A stretch of DNA of 63,150 bases, the filler included, from Bigelowiella natans CCMP2755 (taxonomy: Eukaryota; Protista; Cercozoa): the NCBI GenBank assembly GCA_000320545.1. It is 4 parts of 4 records of this genome, joined end to end, with 100 filler letters (N's around TTAATTAATTAA, not from the genome) between each part and the next. Parts side by side here need not be neighbours in the genome. Positions count along the whole stretch, not along the records: positions 1 to 12,757 come from ADNK01002565.1; 3 more parts are not named here. One strand, 5' to 3'. The translations under genes were made by a program, and so were the position numbers. The notes under the pieces were generated by a model. That model searched no databases. It saw nothing but the letters and a program-made list of their open reading frames with translations, and was not told the DNA's origin. Positions within the stretch are counted from its first letter, which is position 1. The number at the start of each line of letters is the position of its first letter. Shown piece by piece: positions 1 to 12,217 of the stretch.

Positions 1-87
1 TTCATCACACCCCGAAACGCACCGCCGCCTGACGCCATCCCCCCCCCCCCCAGGCCTTTGTTTGTTTAAATTAATTGGTCATCACAG

Positions 88-1181
88 CGCAAGGACGCTG
101 ATGGAGCTACGATGAGACGAACCAAACGTCGATTAGCTGTTGATTCAATGATATTAAGTCACTCGAGCCGCAACGTGTCTGCACCAGCTGCGGACGGCGA
201 TGGCAATAGAGCGGCGGCAGGAGGAGGCGAGGGAGGGGGGGGGGGGGGGAATAACAGTGATGATGACTCGGATGGCGACGGGATGAAGAAGGACTTTTGG
301 GAGGTGAGAGAGAACGTCTGTTGTTACTAAACTGCATCAAGAGTAATGAGGGTGGAAATGATGGATGGTGGGCTGAGAGCGATGATCATGGATCCAAATA
401 TATGCGAGAGAATATGTCAGCAGAGAAGTTTCAATGTTTTTCCTCCTCCTCCTTCCTCCTCCATAGTATCTTCTTCTTCTTCTTCTTCTTCTTCTTCTTC
501 TTCTATCCCACCCCATGCTTCCTCTTGACATCATCGTCACCATCGCCTCCGAGCGCTGCCCTCCGCTGCACGCGTCTGGATGGTTCGCATGATACTGATG
601 ATCGGCTAGTTGATCGATGGATTGATGGATTGATCGATGAATTTGATTGGCCATTATTCGTGCGTGCAGAGAAATGGTGGCGGGTACTCATCCTCTGAGG
701 GCGATGATCTCCCTACGACTCCTCCACAAAACACGGAATCAGAAGAGTACTACTTCGCTGGCAACCCTGCTTTGTTTGTAGTAGTAGTAGAAGTAGTAGT
801 AGAAGTAGTAGTAGAAGTAGTAGTAGAAGTTGTTTCGAAAACACCACCATCATCATCATAGTCGTTATCATCATTATCGTCATCGTCAGCTTCATCATCA
901 TCGTTATCCACCATCATCAGTTATCGAGAAGTGCTAAAAGAAGCTCGTCATGTGGTTCGTGGATTTGAGGTGGAAGACGACTAGATCGATTGAGGAAGGG
1001 GGGGGAGGGGGGCTGAGCTTGATGTGTCGCTGACGGAGCAACTAAGCAAGATACGTTTCACATTACAGACGGAAGAATATCAGTCCTCGAGTGATGAAAA
1101 TCGTACTTTCACTCGGAAAGGAGATGCAGTAAGAGACAAGGTCAGGCAGTTGCTCTCTGTGTTGCGCCTTGCGCCTTGCGG

Positions 1182-1216
<35 letters not shown>

Positions 1217-1551
1217 GCGTACGCTACTCCTCATCGTAGGGTCGGAGGCTGATATGTCGTCATTCAAACAGGCCGTTCAGGCGCTGTCCATTGCCATCCG
1301 CAAAGGCTCAAACATCACCAAGGGGACGATCCCCCTCCCATCAGCACCTGCGAATAATCCGCAGCAGGGGGAGGGCGACGTAGTCGATGGCATGGAGGAC
1401 GGGGATGGGTTTGAAGCCCAGAAAGCACTTAGGTTTTGTCAATATCCACGCTTTCCTCCTCCTCTACCTCCTCCTTCCTCCTCCCTTTGTACCAAGCTAA
1501 GTAAGAGTGTGTTAAGGTTGACGCATATCTGTACCAAATTAAATGATCCTC

Positions 1552-1603
<52 letters not shown>

Positions 1604-2818
1604 AAAAGGCTGGCTCATAGGCTAGAGAGCCGTATATTCAAGCTGCACATGAACAGGAAGACGCGGTCCTCCCCTCCTATCCCCCTCCCCCCTTCGTGTG
1701 GACATGCCAAAGCGTACCAAAGCTTTCTCACGCCGTTGTGTTATGTTTCCTGATGAATCAATCCCTCGTGCGCTCAGGAGCTTGGACGAGGAAGAAGAGA
1801 GAGTCTTCGCCGTACATGTAGCTGAGGTTATCGACGGCCTCGCTGACGCCTCGAATCAGGTCGGGGGTTGTTGGAACGAGCGCCGCCATTTTCTCTGCAT
1901 TATTGGGCTTTGACGGACCTCTCTTTCATCTCTTTCGAAGCTTGAGAAGTATCAGGCATTTTCAAGGGGGGGGGGGGGGGGGGGTACTACTACGCAGCGC
2001 AGCTAATTTTGTCACCAAACTCGAATATTCTCGGGGGGCATCATTTTATGCTCTCGTGGCTGGCGACGGTAGAGCCGTTCAAACTGCTGAGCAAGGAAAC
2101 GAAGTATGATTATGATGATGACCGTGATGATGATGATGATGATGATACTGTTTGGTGGCGTGCGTATGTCTATGCCTGTCCTCTCCTCGGCCACACACCG
2201 CATTATGATCGCAGGGACAACCTGAAGGCCGGCCACATCATAAATCTAGCGAGGAGGAATGTAAGTAGTAGAGATGCAGGGGAGGGGGGGCGGGGGGGGG
2301 GCAATGCTGTGCGGATGCTTGCAAGTAAATATCACGATATTCACGCATGGCAGTGGGCCAACAACATCACGCCGCCAACAAACATCGATGAGAATGCTAC
2401 AACCGCCAACATAATCCATGCCACGCTTCTCTCCCTATCCCTCCCTCAACCTTTTTTGTAGGAAATGGGGAGTGACTGGGAATACAAAGAGAGCGATGAG
2501 AAGGAGAACCCTGACCCTGCCCTGTTCGGTCCCACGTTGTATCCGTGCGGCCGGTGTGGCCGCAAGAAAGCTCGCATGCTTTATCAGCTGCAAACACGTT
2601 CTGCCGACGAGGTACTATACCCTTCGATTATCACTGATAACACCCATCGGGGGGGGGGGGGGGGGGGATAATAGGGACATGGCACGCTATTCTGGGTTGT
2701 GGTTGACTCCTCTCTCCATCGCTAGAATGCTCTGCAAATTCTGACTGTTGGTCTCTGAAAACAGGGGATGACGACCTTCATGCAGTGCATCTGCGGGCAG
2801 CGATTCCGAGTCGGATAA
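88..2818 (+). CDS. TFIIS-like transcription elongation factor (central domain plus C-terminal zinc ribbon), multi-exon, 5' end probably outside window
   Basis: Exons ~2462-2611 and 2765-2818 join over a GT-AG intron to give YPCGRCGRKKARMLYQLQTRSADE|GMTTFMQCICGQRFRVG*, the TFIIS/RPA12/RPC11 acidic-hairpin zinc ribbon. Upstream exons (DAVRDKV at ~1120; RDNLKAGHIINLARRN at ~2210) resemble the TFIIS central domain. Confidence 0.8.
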
Positions 2819-3565
2819 CCTGGCTTGTTATTGTTCTGTCGCCAGCGCATGCACACAATACTGTATGTGTATTTTCAATAATATAAAATACAGCAGGCCG
2901 GTATCTTGCATACGTGGTCCGCTATGTGCGCATTGTTGCGACTACGAAGCTGCTACTACAGAGCTAATGATAGCTAGATAGGGACAGGCTCGAGGCACAC
3001 AGCATGCTAGCATGCAGGCAGGTCCTATATAGCTCATCAGCTATGCACATATGCATGCGCAGACGGGTCGCAGTGATGTAGGAGTATGTGTCATTTATTA
3101 AGCATGCACTTGCGAGCATTGCTGTGACAACATAGCATGCAGCTAATGCGTGGCAGCGGTGCGTTTGCTTTGTGTAGCTGCTTCGATGTGAGTTATATCT
3201 GAGAATATGCCAGCATATAAAACTAAAATGGTCGTAGGTGCATGCGGGTACTGCACATGCGTCGTCAGGCATATACACGTGCGGTCATGTGCGTAACAGA
3301 GAAATTATAATAAGTAGTAGCATTTGCATTGCTCGATCAACGATGACCCATGCCCACCTATATGCGGCTGGCAAGTATTCAGGTTCGTTGCAGACGGCTT
3401 ATGCTACCACACGCACGAATTACAAGGCCCATAGGCAAATAGAAACATAATGGTCTTTATGATACGTACACATGTCGTTAGATAGAACAGCAGCTGGCAA
3501 ATAAATCAACCACGATTATTACCCCCCGCAGCTTCTACCATGTGACTTTTGCGATACTAGCTTAA

Positions 3566-3847
3566 CTAACGAGAGAGATATTCTTGACGTCGGAGGTAAA
3601 TATCCGAGGGGGCTCGTTCCCCGTCATGGTCGAAAATGTTCATGGAACTTCGGAGCTGAGATTGCTTGGCTGTAGCAGGCCTAGAGCTACGACTGGGTGG
3701 TGGCCGCTCATGGTGAAAGCGTCTGATCTGCTCAGCATAAAGTTCTTTCTGTCTCATCTATATAGACATGACATTGCAATCTTAAGAAGGTGTTTCATTA
3801 ATTCAAAAAATTGGCTGGGGGGAACTGGCTAAAAAATACAATGAGTC

Positions 3848-3889
<42 letters not shown>

Positions 3890-5059
3890 ACGTACGCACG
3901 CTACCACCACCACCACCACGCTCACGACAGCTATTGTGCGGATCACATATAGTTACGTTTTCGAGGATTTCGTCCTTATTTGAGATCGGCCCTGAATGGT
4001 CATGCTGATAAATATCTTTTGCCGACGAAAGCCACGCCTGGGAAGTCTTGACTGATGGCCTCCACTCAGTACGTGAGTCGTGCCCTTGAGGAACAGCATC
4101 CCCTTTAATAAGGCTCCTCATATTCGGCGAAAGCAAGGAGTTTCTATCCTTGACCGCACCGCGGCTGTTGCGCCATTTGTACTCGTTGTTAGCAGGGTCG
4201 GATCTGCGAAGGAGAGAAGGCGATGAAAAGGGAAACTCACACGTTGCTAAAGCTGGAGTGTGTCATGGCCAGGCATTCTAGTCTTTTAACTTTGGTCGAT
4301 ATGCGCGTGAAGGATATTTATGAATATGTACCATATTTTTAATATAACATGCGACAGCTTCATGTCGATTTCTAGATCATGCACGAGTCCATGCGTTCTC
4401 ACCGTTTGAGGTGATGCTCGTAGGTCTTGACACGGGGCTTGGGTTGGTAATTCTGCAAATATCGATTATGACTCTCAGGTTCTGTTGTAATCACCACCTT
4501 GCGTGTGTGCTGTGTGCGCGCAGTGACGGGTGGACTAGTTGGGCGGTTTGCGCTTTCAAATATGGGAGAAATTGCCGCACAGAAACGAAAAGAGTCCGCC
4601 AAGTTTTGGTTCGCTGTTTGTTTGATTTTCGATGATAAAGTGTTTGCTGAGATGTGTCATCACTACTTCAAATTCCTTTTCTTTCTGCAGAATTGGGTTT
4701 CTTTTTTGTAGAAGGTGCGAGGTAGGGCCAAATCTGCGAGAATTGCGGAACTGCTGCTCTTTTCCTTCCTAGATATGCAAGACACATGCCTCATTAGCAA
4801 ACGAACCAACTGATGTACCTCGTGGAGAGTTTCAATGTTTGCGCCCCTGTGTGAGTTCATTGGAAAGAGAAAGAGAGAAAGAGAGAAAGAGACAATTATA
4901 GAGAAAGAGCTTGAATCATGAGAGACCTTAGGTTGTATGTGGTTACTTCGATTTCGTACGCTCTTGAACTGATCAAAATGCGCGTCCCAGGCCTTTCTTC
5001 TCCCGATCTCTTGAGACCTGGCCCCAGCGCTACGTACGCCAAAATTGCTTTCTCATCAA

Positions 5060-5092
<33 letters not shown>

Positions 5093-6551
5093 CTACGCGC
5101 TTTGAGAAACACCAAAAAGCTCTAAAATGATGGAGAAAAACACTTCTCAACAATTTTGGCACTGAGATATCGAGATGGCACCGAAAGATGGCGTTGCAGG
5201 AAATTATACCGGGCCAACAGGTATGTTCGTTGTGCATTTTTCAGAATTGCGAATGACATGTGTGGTTGGCTCTACTACAATCTCTTCAAAATAGCCCCCT
5301 CTCCCACCTTTCATGGTTTCTATTCCTACCTCTCAATGCGTTTATGTACTTAAGAAATAGGGTGAGGGGGAGAGAGAAAGAGACAGCTCATTCATACTAC
5401 CCTCTAACGCTTTTTGGCTACCTATCAGGATCGATGTCTTTCTTAGGAGCACGGCAGAGCGCCCTAGGCACGAATTTGTTCTCTCGACCCTCGTAGTACT
5501 CCGGAAGCTATTTTTGTTGAATGGATGAATGTTTGGTTTCGTGTACACAAAGAAAGGTGGGGCAGGCCGGTTTGGAGTTGTTGTTGGAAAGCATTCGAGG
5601 CAGGAAAAAATCATTTTAATTTAGCACCGCCCGTTATGTTATGATCTTTCTTTGCATTTTAAACTGAATATATGAGAAATTTGTTAGGCCTAATATATTT
5701 ACTCTTACCATGCGTTTCGGCGGCTTGAACGTGGATTCATCACCATCAAGTATTGGGTTGCGGTTCCCATTGCTCGGCATCAGCCAATTTCTTTTCCCTT
5801 CAAAATATTAAGAGGTGAGAGACAGAGACTCGATTTGCAGGCGGGGACACACACACACACACACACAGTAGACATCCAAAACAAATATAAAAAGCACAAA
5901 AAAGGTTGTGGCATCATACCAATCACGCCAACTCCGTTACGAAACCTTCCGTCAGAGGCGGGAGCGTTGAGAATGGGGTCTGTGTGGTACAATCTTCTGA
6001 CATTTTCGTGGACAATGCTTTTGGTGTTCTTCGGATCTGAGCTCTGAGGGGCCAAGATGGGGTCACGAGTGACTTCCGAGTGCATCCTGACAATGAGTGC
6101 CAAAGAATTCATAAAAAGCGCGCATATTTCTATTTATTACGATTACTCAAATGAAAAAAAAATATAGAACTAGGTGCGATGATTGATCTTATTTAATGTG
6201 GCCTGCCTTCACCTTTCGCTCGCAATTGAGTAGTCTTTCGGCCTATACGTAAAATCATGCGATTTCTTCACGATATGGCCAGCTGCATGATAATCATCCT
6301 GTTTCGGGGGCTCCTGATCAATGAAATTAGTACCAAAGATTAGTTTGGAGATTCTTTTATGATCTACAATCTCGGTGTGTTTCTGAACTAACCATAAGCG
6401 TCGGGTCCTGGCCATGGTACGTGTCGTACAATTGGTCGCCAGCACTCTTCACGATCTGAAACTTACTTCTGGCACCCCGCACCAGCCGATAACCCTCCAG
6501 GTCTCTGCGAGCCTGCTCCAACTTTGCAATCTCCCGGTCGATGGGATCCAT
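3566..6551 (-). CDS. Hypothetical protein with repeated [RT][DN]PIL motifs, multi-exon
   Basis: ATG at 6551 (MDPIDREIAKLEQARRDLEGY). Exons bounded by GT-AG encode RDPIL, TDPIL, RNPILDGDE, LPEYYEGRENKF, RNPILQKE, NYQPKPRVKTYEHHLKR|SDPANNEYKW and a last exon at 3566-3757. Several junctions are phase-compatible, but it could be two genes. Confidence 0.55.
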
Positions 6552-6994
6552 GATGAGGGGAGATAACAAGGGGAGAGGAGGGTTGTTTCAACCGTGCAGC
6601 CGTTTCGGTCGTCGAGAAACCGATATCTCGATGAAACCGCATGTTCATGTTGTCGCGCATATGAACTGCAGGCGATTTTAAAAAACATAATCAGGGCGCT
6701 ACGTAATTTTTTTATCCGTAAAACATCCTCACCTGTGTTGACAGCACACAACCACGGAAACACAACGTGAACCAGAAGTAGGCTAGTAAAGATCCACCAG
6801 TGTGTGCACATATCGATAAAACTACGAATGATTTATTCCCATAAGACGTTTGTCAAATTATGTTCGGTTTCAGGTCGAAACGCTCAAAACCGCTCTTCTG
6901 GTTTCTTCTGGTTGAGATAGTACATGTAACAGATCACGTACGTGCTGGCGAGCGAATGGCTCCGCAGGCTCCACGTGCCTAGAGTAGATGTGAA

Positions 6995-7586
6995 ATGCCG
7001 AAGAGCGCTGAGAGTGACCCGAACTATCTCCCGGGCCCAAAGGTTTTCATAAACTAAGAGCTTCGTAACTTGGATTCACACTGTTCATTGAGCAGGAATG
7101 GGAATACGACGAAGAGGAGGAGCCGGGGGCATTCGTCGGAAAGGCAAGAATTCGATTTATAATTTTCTCTGTCTTACTTAATTGCCCATGCTATGGATTC
7201 AGGATGTAAGTATTTACTGGCCAAACGAGGATAAGTGGTTTGTAGGAACAGTGACCAGTTTCAATGCCAGGACAGGGAAACATCATCTTAAATACAAAGA
7301 CGGCGACAAGAGGTAGCTTCTCAAATCGAGACGCTTCATTCCTACATGCGAAATAAGGCTTTGATGATGTGGTGCACACTGACTTGACATGGGACTTCAC
7401 GTGGATGTGCATTTCAGGTGGACAAGGTTGCGGGAGAGAACGTTCAGCATCGTTGGCTTCAGGGGTTGTCACATTGGCGAGGAAAAATGTCCACCATACA
7501 AACCAAAAGGAGGTGGCATCGGTCTTGAACAAAAACAAAAGACAGAAGAAATGACAGGATCAGCGGAGGTAGGCAAAATTGAATGA
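6995..7586 (+). CDS. Small Tudor-domain protein
   Basis: Spliced translation MPKSAESDPNYLPGPK|EWEYDEEEEPGAFVGK|DVSIYWPNEDKWFVGTVTSFNARTGKHHLKYKDGDKR|WTRLRERTFSIVG matches the PDS5/MSH6-type Tudor pattern (VGK.V..YWP....WF.G.V..F....GKH.L.Y.DGD..W..L). It needs a GC-AG intron at 7144-7202. Start tentative. Confidence 0.75.
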
Positions 7587-7589
7587 CAA

Positions 7590-9770
7590 AGATGTGGGTC
7601 ACTGAATGACAAAGAGAGATGGGTCACTAGTCACGAGTAATTTTCCATGTTGTGCTCTGCGCAAAAATGAAACTGACATTGCAAGCAAGTGCATAGAACA
7701 AATTCATGGGACCACGAGTTGTGGACGCCACCTTCTATCCTCCACCTGCTCTTACAGCTGTCAAATCAGAATGAGCTGAGATCCAGATGACAGCAGAGCT
7801 CAATGTGCGCGAAGCATCGCAATTGGCATGGTTGGCATGATCGAACGAAGGTGGAATGAGCTCTCACAAAGTCGAAAGTGACACAAACAGTATGGTCCAT
7901 GGGATTCATTCGCGTGCACATGGTCCAGCACACATGTCCAGCTAGATGTGCAATGTGTAGTTGGTTCACATTTGTTGTTCATTCGGTGCATGTGTGCTTA
8001 TCGCATGCAACACACGCTCATGCACGAATGTGGCCCCACATGGGCTCCATTGAACGTGCACACCCCACACGCACGCACGCATAGGTAATCACCTCGCAAG
8101 ATGAGGAGAGTGCTGGTCTGGCGAGGTCGACTCATCTGCTGTGGTCTGGTGGAAAGTGACGACTCCACAACTCACACTCAAACACGACAGGTGGCCATTT
8201 GAAAACACCAGGTTGCACATGCGCAGCAGGGAGGTTTGCAAAATCAGGGAAGAGGCGCAGGAAGTTTCAGGCGCTCACTCGCTAGCAGTTCGATCAATCG
8301 AATGAGGCCCAGGTGAAAAAAACAGGAACACACGTGTCTCATTGATGCATCGCAATCATGTCGTCATCACTGTCACGCACTCTGTGCTCGACCCTAGTTT
8401 GTCGAGCAAAACAACCACCAGCACAAACTTCAGTGTTCTAGCATTCAGGAACACTTCGAACAAAGCCATCGCAGCTTCTTTGACAATTCCTCTTGTGATC
8501 AACCTGAAGACTCATCAAAAATGCGAGTGCGCAAAGGTGCGTGGCCCCACTTCATTGCGTGAACTGCGGACGTGCAAACGTCCAGATGCCACGACGAGCG
8601 CACGCAAGCGCACACTGAGGAAACAAATCAGGACGTTGTGCGCCCTCAGTGGTGACCCCGTGACTCTTTCCACGACCAACTGGAACAAAGGAACAAAGAA
8701 AGAAACTTGATGATCGAAAGAAGTGTTCATTGGAGCGGAGACGTGCCAGCGAGAAATCCATTGGAAATCCAGGAAATCTTCCATCCAGGAAACCTCGAGA
8801 AAACACATCATGGTTGGACAAGCGACAACGTGAAACAAGCGAAGCTCAGGTCTTGTGAAAGTGAAGCGTCACAGACGCTCGCTCGCACCGGAATTGCCGC
8901 CGTTGAGGTGGAAGAGAGATGTGAAACTGACCCTCAACCTCTCCCGGTTGCTCTTGTTGGGGGAAGATGTGGATGGCGACAGGTTGAACTCCATCCATTG
9001 GCCAATTTGGAGCTAGGCTCGATCAAAATGCAGACTTCAATGCTCAAATGGAAGTTTGACCCGGATCACAAAGTCACTGTTGTGATTGTGCCAAAAGAAG
9101 GAACGTTGAGCTGTCATCTTTCAAACATGCAATGCAGCGCTGTCAATCGCATCAAGCGCCGCAGCCAAAGCTCAGTTGGCGCAAAGCTCACATTGATGTG
9201 CATGCGATGCACGTCATTTGTGCACACATGGGACCGAAAAACATCAATGAGTCTTGGGTCTTGGGGAGATCTAGAGAGTCTCTGCATTCAGAGCAGACCA
9301 GTTTGTGTGAGTGTGTTTAGGTGTGTGTGTGGTTGAAGGATGTTGCTGACGTGCGATGAGTGTGTGGAGGCATGTCGCAACGATCATCTTGCACATGCAC
9401 GATGAAAAACTGCATCTCGAAAGTGTGACAAGACACTTGCAATGAACAATGAACACTTGAACAATGAACAATGAACAAAAGCGTTGATCAAATCTACATG
9501 CGCAAGAACCACATGGGACACAGGCATCAACACTTGCAATGTGCGAAGTGCAGTGACTCGAACTGGCTTCAGTGAGGACTGACAATGCCTGCTTCCGAGT
9601 GGCCTTCGAATGAAACTGGAAAACACCTGCGACATGAAAAACCAAGTAGTCGCAAAGAAAAACGCTCTGCATTTTGTCATTGTGCTAACGGCGACGCATT
9701 GCAAGCTGCCCATCTCTTTTTCGTTGCTCTCCCTTCTCTGCCATCCTTCCACGCCCGGAAAACCTGGCGC
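7590..9770. other. TpA-depleted, CTAG-sparing island (strongest)
   Basis: By eye, 8101-9300 has only 5 TA dinucleotides, all in CTAG, and none between ~8442 and ~9012. Confidence 0.9.
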
Positions 9771-9775
9771 AAAGG

Positions 9776-12025
9776 ATGAGGATAGACCTCGGATTATTCA
9801 TACAAGTCTTCAGCCTTGCTCTGGTGTAAATAGTTCTTGTTGTTCCCATGATCTCTGTTCATGTTTTCATTTCGATTTTCTTTCGGGTAAGCTCGGCGGC
9901 GGTCGCCTCGTGGCTGGAGGCGGTAGTTCCCGAGAGCGATTGAGCTCCAAGGTGCGTGAGTCCTCCTTTTCTTTGTACTTAATGCATTTTTTAATTTGAA
10001 CAATTGAAACGGAAGCAAAATACCTAAATTGTTGCAAATTCTCCGCCCGACATACCACCGACACGAAAACAGGGAATTGCGCAGAGGTACGAGTGACGAA
10101 GAAACCCCCTAGTTTCGATGGGAGAATTTCAGCATGAGTTTTTACTGACGCCAAGTCTAGAATTCGGACATCTCAATTCATTACCACCATCATCACCATC
10201 ACCATCACCACCATCATCACAATTAGCAATAAGTGCTCGGTCGGTCATCGTCATCGTCATCGTCATCGTCAATTTTTTTAGGATACCGGATATCGAATTC
10301 ACCGCCCAGGGCGGGGGCAGGATTCCACAGATAGGCACTTGCTCACTTCCCTCCACCCTTTAACTTACACCAAAACATTCATTTCTTCATCTTATATTTG
10401 CACGCCGATAAACCAGGGTTAGGAACTGCCGGGACATTCAACAGCTCAGCAATTCTAAGCGCGTTGAAGGTGCTTGATATTTGTGTGCTCTTTGGACGCA
10501 CCTCGACCATATCCTGCTTGAGCAGGAGACCAAATTATAGTAAATCCTATGTGTACCCTCAAAACTGTTCGCAAAGAATTCTCTTTGCTGTGCTATCTAC
10601 TTGCCTAAAATTATACGAAGCCTTGAAGTAGTTTACCATTTATCAGCACGGATACAGGCATATCGATACCGCGTTGCTTTATGGAAACCAATATGCCGTC
10701 AACGATGCAAGTGAGAAGACGAAAGATCCCCCAACACGCGTTAAGCAGCCCATGTGCATTCCTTCCCCCCCCCCCTCAGTTCGTGAGAGCGGCATCGAAC
10801 GTGAAAACCTTTGGGTAACCACCAAAGTGGGCTTCTTCCCGAAGAATGTAAGTACCAAGACGATGCGATACGATTACAACCACGAGGACGGCAAACGGTC
10901 CAATCTACACACACAAACACAAACACAAACATAACCACGTCGATGTCTCCTTCAGCTGATGCTGCCGATCCCTCCTCTCCTCAAAGAGCTTTTGGAAGAT
11001 GGGCAGGGTAGCAGTTCTATCGTGTTTGTGTTTGTGGGAGGGGGGGGGGGGGGGGGACCTTGGAAGCGGGAGAATCATGCAGCAGGAGAATGGGGGGCGA
11101 ATTGCTACCTATATATGCAAACGTAAAGACAGAAGGGAGGATGCACAGAAAAAACAGCTTGAAAACAGCCTGAAATGACCTTTGTCAGCATATACCCTTT
11201 TTCTGCTGCTACTAGGCTATGAGCGACGAAATGAGAAGACGAGGGAGGATCTCGGTGTCAAACTGAGGTGCTAATGAAATATGTAGTAACATCGATCTGG
11301 CCACGTCATCTTGTGACATCGTTCGTAATGGTGGTGATGATTGTGCGGTGTTTTGATGATTCTTATGTCGCAGCTTGCAGCAGCTGGGCTTGAGCTACGT
11401 TGACCTTTGCCTCGGTATTAAGTAGTAAGGAGAAGAGGATGAAGAAGAAGCATGGTTTCAAAGAGTATTCATTCAGCCGCTGCGGACAATACGAGCCTGC
11501 AGAACTAAGGGACAAACCTATCATCCTAATCATCATCATTCCACCCTGCTGCTGGTTGTTGCATTCCGACACTTAGTCCATTCTCCTTTGAGCACCGGCA
11601 TCGAGCTATGGGGCTCGTTCTATCCGCACTGGTGGTGAAGAACAAGAGTAGGGGGGGGGGGGGGGGGGGGGGGGGGAGGCATTAGTTTGAAGTAAATCGT
11701 CAGAGCGGGGACTGTGTTGTTCATATATGGTAGGGGACTTGGAGGTGAGGATACTGCGGAGAGAACAGGGTACAACGTGTTTCAGGCCGTGACCCCAGCG
11801 GCAAGCTTCGGATGATTCGTGTATCATAGTTTTAATCAAAGCGAGGAAGAGAATGGTGTCGATGCACAACATCCTGCGTGCAGATCGAAACGGAGGATGG
11901 TGGTGGTGGTGGTGGTGGTGGTGATGCCGAGGGCGGTGTTATCCCCATTCTTTGTGTCTCGTAGTGCCGGCTGCCGCTACTGTTGCTATGGTGTGTGTTT
12001 GTTTGTAGAGCTGAGTACACACAAA

Positions 12026-12060
<35 letters not shown>

Positions 12061-12176
12061 CCCTCCTCTCCCTTCGCAGATGGAAAACGTGGGCTCTCAA
12101 TATCATCACAAGGTAGTATCTACATGTGCACATCAAACACTCTAAGCGTGATAGAGTAGAAGCCATGGACAAACAC

Positions 12177-12217
<41 letters not shown>

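Noticed and set aside
4562-5496. Possible plus-strand gene
   Set aside because: The minus strand gives phase-compatible exons with the recurring PIL motif; the plus strand gave no coherent model.
8342-9752. Overlapping 100-200 aa ORFs on both strands (e.g. 8707..9336)
   Set aside because: Loss of TA removes TAA and most TAG stops, which inflates ORF length; no recognisable family.
7590-9770. Calling the islands specific transposons
   Set aside because: No transposase, reverse transcriptase, LTR, terminal inverted repeat or target-site duplication was recognisable by eye; only a short shared tail.
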